Assembly: GCA_051294905.1 (NCBI GenBank)
Contig: CM119372.1
Coordinates: 26,290,001-26,354,000, forward strand
Length of the DNA: 64,000 bases
From: Botryllus schlosseri
Lineage: Eukaryota
Reading direction: 5' to 3'
Shown here: piece after piece, positions 37,145 through 50,209 of the stretch
Layout of the letters: each line of letters opens with the position of its first letter
How positions within the stretch are numbered: position 1 is the first letter of the stretch
Position numbers and translations under genes: made by a program
The notes under the pieces: model-generated
What the model was told of the DNA's origin: nothing
Seen by the model: only the letters and a program-made list of their open reading frames with translations
The model's database searches: none

Positions 37145-40100
37145 GAGTCATTGCAATGTGGCTTATTGATATGACATTGTTATCGGGTGTGATGACATTC
37201 GATCTACATCAAAACTACCGGCTATGATAATGTCTGTGGATCGATGTTTGTATACCAACACATTGCATGCAATGTCACACACCTCCATTTACGCGTATAC
37301 TGATGTGGGCAAACAAGCGCGACGTATGTCTGGATGGTATTTTTTCGTGGAAACACAGGGTGTAACATGTTTACTTTGAATATTGTTCATTGGTTTATCG
37401 ATTCAGAGCTGATATCCGGATCCGGTTACATACTTTATCAGGGTTTCCGATTTCAAACTGAATGTCGAGACATACATGACCAATAAAGACACAATATAGT
37501 AAACACGCGGGGGAAAACTCGACCTGGAATTGTTATCGCGATGGGTGACATAAATCCAACCGTTTTCCGAACACCGTTATCCACATACCAACTATCGTCA
37601 AGGAGGTGTTTTATTCAGACATTTTGACTCTGGAAAATCCAAAGCACGAGCCCGGACATCACAGAACTATCGAAGTCTATTGTCCAATTTTCCAAAAACA
37701 TAAACGTCGATGTACAACAGCACATTGCATGTGGGTAACCGATGATTTTGATGAGTTGCATCAGCACAAGTGAATATGCGATTACACAAATGTATTGGAG
37801 TTGTTGTTGGTGTACATTTTGTCGCTATCCGTTGTAACAATATACAAAAATATCAAATTGTCAGGTGTGTTTGTCAGATTTCAAAATGAAAATGGTATTG
37901 TTACCCAGGTAAAAGATAGATTTCCAAGTGAAAACTGTATTGGTACTCAGGTAAATGATAGTTTTCCAAACGAAAAGAGTTTGTTACCCAGGGAGAAAAT
38001 ATATTTCTAAAAGAAAATGATTAGTTACTCTAGGTAAAAGTATTTTTCCAAGTGAAAATGATATTTTTACTCAGGTAAACGACGGACTACCGAGTTAAAA
38101 TGGTTTGTTGATCAGAGAAAAAATATATTTCCAAGTGAAAAAGGTTTGTAACCCAGGGAAAAAATATATTTCCAAGTGAAAAAGGTTTGTTACTCTGGGT
38201 AAACGTCAGATCTCCAAAGGAAAGTGATATGTTTAGTCAGGTAAACGATGGACTGTCAAGTGAAAGTGGTAATTTTACACAGGTAAACGTCGTGGGCTCA
38301 GTGTCGTTGGTCTTGTTAAACGTAGCTGTCGAGTTGTACAATATACTTGTCGTGAGTATACAATTACGAAGGGAGAGAATGAAATTGCTATTATGAGTGC
38401 CAGAAGGTTGTTGTATGTAGATTTTACAGTAACCCTATTATTCACATATGACAAACACAATCATTGCCATTAACTAACTTGCTCGGTCTCGATCAATGCA
38501 AAAGAGATGATTCGTTTTTTGAAACCGTAGCGAAGACCACATGTAAACCTATGCGATAGACTTCTATCTCCTGACATTCAGTCGTGTCGTTTGCATTTTA
38601 ATACGGACCTTAATGTATGACATGCACACACTAACGCCGTAAACAGAAGTCGATGATTTTGAATAATAAAAATATTTCTTGATTACATCGGAATGTCTAT
38701 GTTGCAGAAAGTAAATACTTTTATGGAGTTGTGTGTTTAATGAAAGCGATTGGTTACAAGTATGTGTTGGGAAAATAAAATTTACTTTTCTGTATGTGGC
38801 AGTTTGTGAGGAAATGAAAATAGATTCGTGGTTTTAATTGAATTGCGCTGTTTTAATGTACGCTTCAACATGGGGACTTGACGCTGAACAACAATTTGTC
38901 ACTGGTGTGCAAGGGGTTAGGAACATTTTAATACAGCTCCATCTACTGGTTGTTGTGAGGATAATCATGTGATGACACAGCGCTTTTCGTTAGCAAAGTA
39001 GATAGATTTGTGTGTAAGATGTAAGCACCGTAACTAGAAAACATATGTACTCTGTTTTTGGAGTAGTTGGTTTATTGCTATGACATTGACAGAATATCGA
39101 GAAGTGAGTATGCCTTACATTCACGAAAGTTTACGTGGCTCCGTTGTAATAAATTGGTGTTAACTAATCTCAGCTGGATACTACAATTGTGCTGGACTTA
39201 CACGTGGTATTCGCATACTGCGCACATACAAACTTTTGTGTAAACAACTCTGATGTTACTGTTGGTACTAGTGCTGTGTTGAACTATTTGGTTCTTAAGA
39301 CACATGAACAACCATTCAGACAATAAAGGTCTTGAGGTAACGAAACAGTTTGTAGAGTCAAACCAACCATTCTTTAGTTTCGTAATGTGAAAATATCGAG
39401 TAAAGTTGATTACTTTGTGTGATGTAAATATCTTTCGTACTTTTGTAAGAGTTGTGGGGGTCTCATGAAAAAGTAACTAGTTGACAAAAACAAAATATTG
39501 AATGAAGGTTCGTCTGTTGTTTTCATAAGTCAAGAGAGTGAAAATTGTTGTTGTTGTTTTTGTTACACTAAATCGAAATAGTGTGAAAGCGTCACCAATC
39601 ATTGCGTATGTTCGTAGCAAGGAATATCGAATATTTTCGTGTACCATGAATATCTTTCATATACACTTAGTATGAAATGAGATGCGTGGAATAATAATTA
39701 GTGTCCTACAAAAGTAAAACTTGTTGTGTTTGCTTGTGTACTTTTTATCATTGTTTGTTGTGGTTTTGCAAGACGGGCGAGTTTACATTTAAATATAGTA
39801 AGCGGGACAACTCAAGTAATAAATTTTACTCGGTTGAAAATCGACTCGTTTGAAAATACCGGTCAATGGAGTAACAGTATCAATGTGAGTAGTATATTAT
39901 TTTTCGCGAGGTGCACCAATCTTCTAAACTTTTCAAAAATTCATCATGTCATAGAAAAGTCGGTTGTTATGAACTCGAAACAAATGTACTTCGATTGTCA
40001 CGATGATGGAAATTACGATCAACAGTATTTCGTAAGTGAATGTGTATCGTTTGGTATGTTCAGCAGTCACTAAATGACAAAAATAGCAAACTGATGCAAC

Positions 40101-43100
40101 CCGGTAGTTAAACGATACAGTTACAAGTTGGATGTAATCTTGATTTACAGATGACAGCTTGATGATGTAAAGCTCAGCCACTCAAATGTGTTCATTGCAA
40201 AGTATTTGACCAAAAATAAAATATCAAATGGGGACTTTGGTTTCATCACCAAGCGAGTGAAAATGGTTTTCTGCTGGGTGGATATGATTTACATTTAGAA
40301 AAACGATGTAGACCGATTAAGCGACGCTGTTTCATATCCGTCGAGTGAGTAAAATTTCTTTGGAGTTCGGTTTAGTGAGTTAATCGCTAGGGGTTCAATC
40401 ACATACAAGTAACGTCTTTTAGTGACAGAGTATTGTGATGACATTTACTTTAGTGAATGACAACGGAAAAATTTTTGATTGCATTGTCGGTGGGTTACAC
40501 AAATAATTCTAGTACACCTAACTATAGGACACATTTGGCAAACATCGTACAAATTGTTTCTTTGTGATGGTAATGACTTTCAGCGGCTTGGTCTCATGTC
40601 GGGAATTATTATTTGAGGGTTGAAAAACAATTTCAATCAATACTACAAACAACCAACAATGCAAAACGCGTTTAGTGAATTACAGTGTAGCAAGAACTTC
40701 CTTGATATTACGATTGTTGTGCACCAGAAATTTCTAACTTAATTGGATGCGTCTAGCAAACATACCCCAATTTACTTTTGTAATGATCAAAGTCTCCTCG
40801 CGATATTTTACATTTAGCACGTTCTATGGAAAGTGTGAACGGGGTTGAGTATTAATCGTGTACTTGGGATAGTGCTTTGATATCAAAGATATATTTTCAC
40901 ACTGTGTAATGTTTCGATTCTCTGTTGTGAATACCGACAGTAACGACATTGATGTTAAATCCTCACTCTTGGTCATTGTAAGCGAATCCTAAACATCGCA
41001 ACAGTCGGTATGGAAATCGAACGCATGCATAATTTTAGATAGGCGACACTAACAAGTTTATTACATCCGTGAAATACTCTGAAACGTCGATTCGTGATTG
41101 TGTTAGCTATATTCATCTTCCATATCTGTGGGCACAAAGATTTCTTAACTTTGGTTACAGCTCATTCGTAACGAATTGTTGCGTGCAATCTAATAAAGCG
41201 CAAGTCGAAGATGAATGATTTGATTTCAATGAGCTTGAAAGTTCTTTTGTTTTGGTGTTGGGTTTAATACAATTTGTATGACTATAACGAAGCCGATTCC
41301 AAGAGTGCTATGTTACATTTAACAAAAAGTTTGATGACTTGTATTCTGATATTGATAGATGTGAAAAGTAATATGACTAGTTTATAAAATCTCGGTAATG
41401 TTCTTTGTCATGTCTGTGTTCAACAAATATGCGATCAAGTCTTACCATTCGATATTAACTTTCGCAGTCGACGTAAGCGATAATTTGTTGAAGTAACAAT
41501 ATCGACGAGTTCAATAATATTCCCCATCGATGCATTCGAATAATCTGTCAGCTGCAAGCTGATTAAAAACTTGATGCCGTTTTGTGGTTAACTCAAGTCA
41601 GTGGTCGCGTTTGTGTTGATTTCAGGAATGATCATGACGAGTTGGCCGGGTAAATTAGCGGTAGTAACTATGACCGTACAGAGTTGCTGACATTCCAATA
41701 TCTTTTACGCTGTCATATATGGATTCAATTGTGATAATTTAATTCTCAGTTATTGTTCAGACATTCAAATCTCGTATACTCAAAATATAATAGGTTTATG
41801 TCAAATCGCGTATATGCACCGATTAGTAAATACTTTGTCTTACAGAATAGTAACGACCTTTACCGTTGAATAAAAATTATCGGTCATATGAATACAACCA
41901 GGACGAATTAATTCAAGTTTGCGAGTTGTAGTGTTATAATCAAGTAAGTGAAAACTATATTTTTAACACCGGTTAATGTTATGAATAATTCTTTTGAGTA
42001 TGGTAAGATGTTAAAATTTCTCTTTGACAAACGGAAAGCCAGATCGTGAATAGAGTTGTAATGTTTCATTACTTGTTTCAAATCAATGTGCGTATAATAT
42101 CGAAATGGTACTTGGAAAGATGGTAGTCATGTTTGTCAATCTATTTCAATTCAGACTATGTTAAAGTCGAGACATTTCATTTTGGAATGTCTGAATTTAA
42201 CTTTAGTACATCCCGCGAATGGATTCCGATGCCGCACTATAACATTTTTGATAATAAGGACTCAAGGATTTTCAATCAACAATACCTGAATTTTTTTTTT
42301 TTGGTAATGCTTGAGTTGGTAAATGATAAGTTGCGTGTTTTTGTTAAGCGTTTGATTTCTCAGTAATAAATACAATTATTGTATGTGCATACTTGTGATT
42401 CTTGATTCTTGTTTAGTTAGTTGGTATTGATTCTATAGGTGTGAAACAGCAGCGTGGAATGTGTGAATAATTCGATGCGACTGAAGTTGGAGTCAGCAAT
42501 ATTCAAGTTACGTTCGAATCAACTGATCGCGGTAAATGGATTTCTCAAAGGATTAGAGTTGTACCGGATCAACACATTCAAATACGAATCAACTTGGTTT
42601 GTGTAGTGAGTTTCATTTCAAGTTGATAAATTGACACATTGATAGAATATTCTCATGATTCGCATCACGCAACCAAAGTCAACGTGAAACATATAGCGAT
42701 CGCGAAAAGTATCAAATCTTGGATATTCAAGTCACCGTCTGCGACGGTTCTGTTATTCGGTGCTTATTACTTAATAGGTAATATTCTTATTACCTCGCTC
42801 GTACGCGGGAAGAAATATCAACTCACTCGTGTTAAAAACTGTGTCGGCAGATTGAAAATCGATCAGTTAACTAGACTTGTTGAATTGAAAGAATAGTTTG
42901 CGTATTTGTACCCTGTAATACAATATTTCCATTCACAAGAAATGTTTAGCCTATGTGATTCGACAACTGGGTTAGCGCGGTGTTGTTCTACTGATCGCGG
43001 TGCGAAAATTGTGCTATCGCGATGAAGTTGCGACTGTGAACAGCAGACTATTCTGTAGGTGCGAAACAGCGGTACGGAAGGTGCGAATAATCCGATCTGA

Positions 43101-43736
43101 AGTATTATTCAGGTTACGTAGGAATCAATAGCGAGGAAAGACTTAGAACACGATCGGTCATTTGTCACGCCTGAACTACGATATCTTCATGTAGAACCGT
43201 GTGAGCGAACGCTATACCTGTAACGTTATCATGTTGCGTCTATATCAGCTACGTCACCGTGTCACCGCATCCATAAGAATAACGATATATCATTGTCGCA
43301 CTCACCGTAAACGTTGGGATTACTTCAAATTGGTCATATTTAATAATTTTGAATATACACGCTAGGTAATGGCGTCACTGTTTACTATACTTGATATTCA
43401 ACACCACTTCACCAGAGATCCCTATACCCGTAACGTTATCAGGCGGGTCATCGACACAACGTATACCTGAAAGGGTGGTATCACCGACGAGACGGCAGGT
43501 CATCAGCGATAGAGACTCGAAAAGGGTGGAGTCACCAACACGAGTTTTCACGGCAGGTCATCAGCGAGCCCTATACCTGAAAGGGTGGGGTCACCAGAGA
43601 TCCCATAAGAACACATGGCAGGTCACCAGCGGAAGGGGGGGTCAAAAGGGTGGGGTCACCAACACGAGTTTCGCGGCAGGTCACCAGCGGGCCCATAAGA
43701 GCCCCAGGCAAATCACGACCGATCTATATAACTACT
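37145..43736 (-). repeat. Right arm (6592 bp) of giant inverted repeat
   Basis: Matches the left arm except about a dozen substitutions and two compensating 2-bp indels seen by eye. Confidence 0.97.
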
Positions 43737-45490
43737 CACAGTCTCTAGTTACCATGCGTGATTATGACCAAGTAACAGCATGTAATTCTGCCAACGGATA
43801 GCCCCTCTTGAAACACCGAGAGTGTGCAAAACATTACAATAACAATCACTTCTCCATAGTTGCTCGCAGTCGTTCTCTTTTTCATTTGAAGGTCTTTGAA
43901 TCAATGATTATAAAGCTGCCAAAGCCGATCCTCTGTCGCCAGAAGGAACATCTCTTCACGCTGGAATAGTTCCTTCAGTGTTGTTTTGTCATACAGCTGT
44001 TTTACAGCTGATTTTGTGTGTGTCGCACCATAGTGTCCTATATGGTGTGGACACAAGCAAATCTCACGGGTCAGTGAAATTGGTTTAAGTCACACTTTCC
44101 ATTTGGTCAAAGGCAACGTTACGGCCATTATTGACCGGCTTGCCGAGCGCTAAATTCGATAAAACAGATTTTAACGCTTTTAAAATCTTAGGCTTTTTTT
44201 GCAGAACTGACCATCACTTTTCAAATTCATACCGTGACCTCACCGGGACTAGAATCTGAGCTGTTCCAATTTAAAAGCGGGCGGGGTGGAGCGTTCTACC
44301 GTTTCCGTCCCCTATTAACACTCCAAGACATGTCTAGGGTTTTTTGTAAGACTAAATAAACAAACTTTTTTTCTAAAAAATCTCTTTCTCTCTTTCATTT
44401 TTCAAGACTGACCCCCGGGATGGCGTCAGAGAGTTGAAAATGATGCATCCGTGCGTAGCCACCGTTGCCTGGTTTCGAACAAGCCGCCAACAATGGCCGT
44501 AAACCGCGCGACTCGTCAGATATCGAAAAATCAAAATACATAAAAATGTGAATATGGGCGTGGTCAGTGAGTGGTCATAATGGTCAAGTTCAAGATGAAT
44601 ACCGAATCGTATCCCTGCCGCCCATTTAATGGGATGAAACAACGTGGTATACTTTCTCCTGTCGTATCCAACCATTTGCAGGCAGAGTAAACCAGTTTAT
44701 GACTCATATTCGGTCACGAACTTGGATTTTAACTTGACTATGTCCTTGGAAATCACCGAAGCGTGACCACAATTAACAAACTCCCTCAGAATACATCTCA
44801 CAACAAGGTTTGATGGTTGAAACGTTGAAAAATTACACCAGCGTGTACTCAAAGATGGTGTGGACACTCGAAAAAAATCACGTGACCGTCATGCCCTGAT
44901 ACCTTTTCTGACTTAGTTATTGTCGATTCGTCAGCAGCACTAATTAAAGATAGAGTCGTTGTTGGTCTTTGTTGATTTTGACTGTGTTCCATATCGAGTT
45001 GGGTGACAGGATTTAGTATGGTATATTTTGATGCTGTCATCTAGTACTGCACCAAGTTTCAAGGCTGTGACTCAATGTTTAGCGTAGTAATTTCGCTGTC
45101 AAAATCGAGTATTTAGTAGACGAGCGCGCACCGATATATTGCAGACTTTGAACGGAATTACCATGCTAATCATTGAGTGACAATCCTGAAACTTACTGCG
45201 AAGTTAGATAACACAACCAAGATGTACCGTACCAAATTTCGTCATCCATCTCGGTATGGAACACTTTCAAAATTCACATATACCAATATCAAATTTTGCG
45301 AAAATTCCCTTACGCGGTAGGCTGAAAGCCAAATCAGCGCATCAGACACTGGATACTCGACTTTGTTAACGTAGTTACTGCTGTAATTATTAGGTCACAG
45401 CCTTTAAACTTGGTACAGTGTTAGATTCCGTCATCAAGGTATATAATACGAAATTTTGTTATCCATCGCCGTATAGAACACAATCTAACT

Positions 45491-46739
45491 CAGAGGTCTC
45501 AAACACGCGGCCCGCGAGACCATTTTTTGCGGCCCGCGACGGCATTTCGGATTTCGCAGTATTCGACAATATTTAACTACCAATTTTCTTTTTTTAATTT
45601 GAGAACTTTAAATTTGCTTTGAAACTACTCCAGAAGCCTGAAGCTACTCATCTAACTTCAATATTACATCACTTTCAAAAGTTACCACGCAGTGGAAGAT
45701 CAACTATTATGTGACATTACTTGTTTATGATGGTAAAACATGACCCGTTGATGATTCGTTACTGAAAATTGTGATTTGGACTTATGAGCGACCTTCTGTA
45801 GAATTACTCGTACTCGTACTCGTCGCGTCAAACGTTACAATCAGAGGACTTTTGTGACTCGGAATGACGTGACTTGCTACAACCATGGACGCAACAAACT
45901 ATCAAACTGGTATGAGAAATAGTAAAATATCAAAAGGTCGTAGCTGGCGTTGCGTAGCTTATTTAGATATCCAAGCAGGTCGGTAAGACAACCACCATTG
46001 GTATTATGTTGCCCCTTTGATGTATATGGTTGGTTACATCCTGTGTCATCTTTGGTACCTTTATATATGTTATTATCGCCAACTAAATGGCGAGTATTTA
46101 GTAGTCGTAGCCTACGCGTCACAGCTGTAACAAGTAACACCAATGGATTCTTCAACGATTGCACATTTCTATCGCTATGGCACAGTATTCATTACGTTCA
46201 AGTTGTTATTGACCTGTTCCAATATTCGAAGGTAAATCTAACGCTGATTCTATTTGACTTTGGTAATGATATGATCAATATAGCCTAGTTATCAGTAGGG
46301 CAATGCGAGAAACCTGTTTTAGGCTGTACTGATCCAATGCTCTGATATCAGTTCAATCTTATTTAATTATTAAATTGAATTCCTAAATTCTACCTATAAT
46401 TGTGGCACGTCAAATGTCCGCGCTTCCTGCAAAATTATAACCGAACTGCTTTTACGATGTCCGGATGCATTTGCACTCTCGCATTGTGTCTACAGTTAAT
46501 TACAGCAACAATTTTATTCAAATATTTTATAATGTGATATTTGTTCTTGCAAGGCTTGAATTCACAATGGTAGGCTACATCACATTTTCACGATGCGTGT
46601 GGAATGTCAGTCTGCAATGTCCCGTCAAATAAAGCCTACTTGAAAATACTCTGAATTCCCCTTTTATCGGTGCTGCGGCCCGCGGCGCCATCAAAAGTAG
46701 GAAATTGGCCCGCGAGCACATTTGAGTTTGAGACCTCTG
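45491..46739. mobile_element. hAT MITE
   Basis: TIR CAGAGGTCTCAAAC; perfect TSD ATCTAACT; GGCCCGCG motifs. Confidence 0.9.
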
Positions 46740-47307
46740 ATCTAACTCTACACATATTAGTCCTGTCTTTCGCGAAAAATCTGTTATGCGGTTGGCTGAA
46801 GACCAGATGATTGCATCTTACACTGAACCAGTTTTTACGGGTGTGACTCGATGACTAGGATATATTAATTTCGTTATCATAGTCGACTAGGCTATATCAG
46901 GTTGAGCGCTGATCTGGCATCCAGCCTACCGCATGACAGAATTTTCACAAAAGCCGGAATTTTTATATGTAGGTTATGAATGTGTTTTATTCCGCGATGG
47001 ATAACAAAATTTCGTATTATGTATCTTGATGAAGACATCTGACACTGTATCGACTTTCAAGGCTTTAACTCAAGGATTACGATAGCAATTTCGTTATCAA
47101 AGTCGAGTATGTCAGAGTACGCGCTGATGTGGCATTCAGCCTACCGCAGAGCAGATTTTTCGCAAAAGCCAGTATTGGTATTTGTACAATTTGAATGAAT
47201 TTTATACGGCGATGATTAACAAAATTTCGAATTATATACCTTGATGAGGGAATCTAACACTGTACCAAGTTTGAAGGCTGTGACTCAATAATTACAGTAG
47301 TAAGTAC

Positions 47308-48225
47308 CAGTGTTGGGATGACTCGAGTCACCTTTTTCGTATGACTTGACTTGACTCGAGTCACTTTGCTAAAATGACTTGACTTGACTTGACTTGACTC
47401 GGCGTATCGGAAATGAGGATTGACTCGTGACTCGGAGCAAAATTCACGAGTCAATTTCAAGTCATAAATTTATCGGTGTCGATAAAAATCATTGTATCTT
47501 GCATATGCTCGGATTGTTCGCGAAACGCTGGTGAACCGTGAAATCAACCAATTATTCAATCAACATGCGTTTTACTGAGCCCCCATTGTTCTCTCACAAA
47601 TAAATTGACCGCAAACGAAGTGATCGAAGCTGACAGCTTACGTTGTCATAAGTAGTGGTAAAGTAATTTAATAGCAATATGTATATTTCTGTTCTCCGTT
47701 CTTACCTTAACCAAAACTCTTGTTTTATTGAAATTGAATATAGTTTATGTAGACCTCGACCATAGGCGCAGGCTCGTACTGCATCATATCAATTTGTATA
47801 TGTGTAATGTATTGCATCTTATTAATTCGTTTCGCTATTCTCTATTTGGCTGGTAACTATAAACTGAGGATATGCAATTACTTACGTAGTTTAGCAGTTC
47901 TGCGTATATGGGAGCGATCCAGCGCCTTCTTGCGTGTACATTTAACTTCATATTCGTTCATCGTTTCAAAATCAATGACCACTCAATCTGTATTTTACAC
48001 AGCTAGCAGAATGCAATGACGTAACCATGCCTCATACCTCAAAAAGGCAACTTGACTTGAATTGTGACTTGACTCGTGACTTGACTTGTGACCTCCAAAA
48101 ATCGAGTGACTTGACTTGACTCGAGTCATCTTCGAAAATCGATTGACTTGACTTGACTCGAGTCAAAATGTGCAATGACTCGAAATGACTCGTGACTCGA
48201 AGGTGGTGACTTGATCCCAACACTG
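47308..48225. mobile_element. hAT MITE with (GACTT/GACTC)n subterminal arrays
   Basis: TIR CAGTGTTGGGAT; perfect TSD GTAAGTAC. Confidence 0.9.
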
Positions 48226-49014
48226 GTAAGTACGTTATCAAAGTCGAGTATCCAAGGTCTGCGTGCGCTGATTTGGCTTTGAGCCTACCACATAAATGAA
48301 TTTTCGCAAAATTTGATATTGGTATATGTGAATATTGAAAGTGTTCCATGACGAGATGGATGACGAAATTCGGTATAGTATATCGTGGTTGTGTTATCTA
48401 ACTTCGCAGCAAGTTTCAAGATTGTCACTCAATGATTAGCATAGCAATTCCGTTATCAAAGTCGGCGATATATTGGTGCGCGCTCATCTACCAAATACTC
48501 GACTTCGACATCGAAATTACTACACTAATCATTGATTCACAGCCTTGAAACTTGGTACAGTGCTAGATGACAGCATCAAAATATACCATACTAAATCTTG
48601 TCACCCAACTCGATATGGAACACAGTCAAAATCAACAAAGACCAATAGCGACTCTGCCTTTAATTAGTGCTGCAGACGGATCGACAAAAGCAAAGTCAGA
48701 AAAGGTATCAGGGCGTGACGGTCACGTGATTTTTCGAGTGTCCACACCACCTTTGAGTACACGCTGATTACACAGAATACCGTACAAGTCTACTTCTGAT
48801 GTTCTGGCAGAATTTCTGATTATATTTAACACTCTGGAAATATCTGGAAATTTGGGGTGATAACCACTTTTTTAGGCATGCGTATTTTCGGCTGAACTAT
48901 TCATGTAAGATCGTCGGTACTCGAAAATTGTCATGCATTATACCTTCGAATTAGGTATCATATAAATCAGAAGATTGCTAGCTTTTCGTACAGCCCAGTA
49001 TGAGGCCTCTAGGA

Positions 49015-50209
49015 TAGGGTTGCCATACGTCCGGAATTTCCCGGACATGTCCGGAATTTCACTGTTCAAACTAGCGTCCGGGAGGAATTTCCAAAATATG
49101 CCAAATGTCCGGAATTTTTAAGACTTGCCGTAGGCTCATAATTTTTTCGTAAATAACTCAAAACATTATTTTTGGGGATATTTATGCTGATCGCGATTTA
49201 CTATCACATTTATTGATTTCATTGTGAAGACTACCGCCCTCGCAAAAATTGCAATAAATATAAATAAAAACAACCTTCATTTACTGGAATTAGCCTAATT
49301 GTAATCGTAATTATAGGAGAACGGTATATTACTACAAATCGCTAAGGCCGTTTAAAGGCTTTATTCAAAGACTGTGGTTCGTTCCAAACGTGGGGTCGTT
49401 TGCCTTTGTTCTGGGGTTCGCGAATATGTTGAACGAACAGGGGGTTAACATATTTTAGAATCGGGAATGGAGGACATTAATTTTCAAACACAGAATACCA
49501 GTGGGAAATCCTGAAAAATGGTGGTAAATTTCTTCCACTTCGTAGTCGGTTGACTAAAAAAATAAAAAAAAGGTCATCTTTCTCGCTCGGCGCCCAAAAT
49601 ACAGTTTTTTCCTTTCACATTGTCGGGTGGTTGACTAAAAAAAGGTCAACTTTCGCTCAGCTCCCGAAATACCCGCTAAAATCTCAAAAAGGAGGACATT
49701 TAGGCGTCCTCGAAGGACATTTTCAAAAACCCGAAAAAGGAGCACAAATCCTTCGAAAGGAGGACGCATGGTAACCCTATGCACACACCCAAAAACTTAT
49801 TGCGCAGGCCCTTAGACCGCTAACTCTGATCATGTGGGCGGAGAGTAGTAACTATCTAGTAATATATGGAAGAACCAATATTATTGATGGAATTCATTCA
49901 AAAAATTAAACGACCAGATGCATATAGAAACCAAATTCATATAGCAAGCCCGCCCCCCCCCCCTAGAAGTTGCATCGATTACCCGATTGTGGACTCAAAA
50001 TCATTGTGTATTTGGGCGGGAAAGGGCGGAAAACATGTGCTTTCGGTCCCGGTTACACAACACACAACCACATACTCCTGAACCGCATCGTGACCACCTC
50101 TGCTCTATCAGCAAGGCTTCGCTAGTGTGACGTCATAACTCATTTTGAAATCCACTAGTGGGCGCTACAGAGTGTCCGGAATTTGGGTCACAGAAATATG
50201 GTAACCCTA
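49015..50209. mobile_element. hAT (Blackjack-like) MITE with a related MITE nested at ~49440-49778
   Basis: Ends TAGGGTTGCCATA / TATGGTAACCCTA; perfect TSD CTCTAGGA; paralog of 10092-11188. Another hAT end (CAGTGGTTCCCAACC) starts at 50218, directly after the TSD. Confidence 0.88.

Larger units (their letters stand above)
29627..43736. mobile_element. Polinton/Maverick-type non-autonomous element arranged as a 14.1-kb palindrome
   Basis: Termini AGTAGTTATATAGATCGG / CCGATCTATATAACTACT; 6-bp TSD CACAGT at 29621-29626 and 43737-43742; GTGACC-rich subterminal repeats. No pPolB, integrase, ATPase or capsid motif recognised. Confidence 0.82.
13345..43970 (+). mobile_element. Second Penelope-like element in four pieces: 13345-14359, 22989-23035, 29536-29626, 43743-43970
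   Basis: RT MGSPPGPILANIF, RYVDD. Pieces rejoin in frame as KDVLPAIDRSNI|TYQYTCRFDSRYVGRT|SQRLQQRIREHVP...SQ|SLV...NSANG*PLLKHRECAKHY...FESMII..PKPILCRQKE, collinear with the EN at 8683-9129. Confidence 0.88.
44839..48766. mobile_element. Foldback non-autonomous element with >500-bp internally repetitive TIRs (P superfamily, Galileo-like)
   Basis: Ends CAGCGTGTACTCAAAG; 44839-~45380 is an inverted copy of ~48230-48766; 7-bp TSD ATTACAC; internal repeats carrying CAAGGCTGTGACTCAAT / GTTATCAAAGTCGAG motifs. Confidence 0.75.

Noticed and set aside
29627..43736. Palindrome as a pure assembly or chimeric-read artefact
   Set aside because: Both ends carry the same 6-bp TSD in direct orientation, the host Penelope frame continues across, and the arms differ at scattered sites. 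Read-level confirmation is still needed.
44400..44520. Second SINE on the minus strand (GTTCGAAACC B-box)
   Set aside because: A-box and boundaries too degenerate to call.
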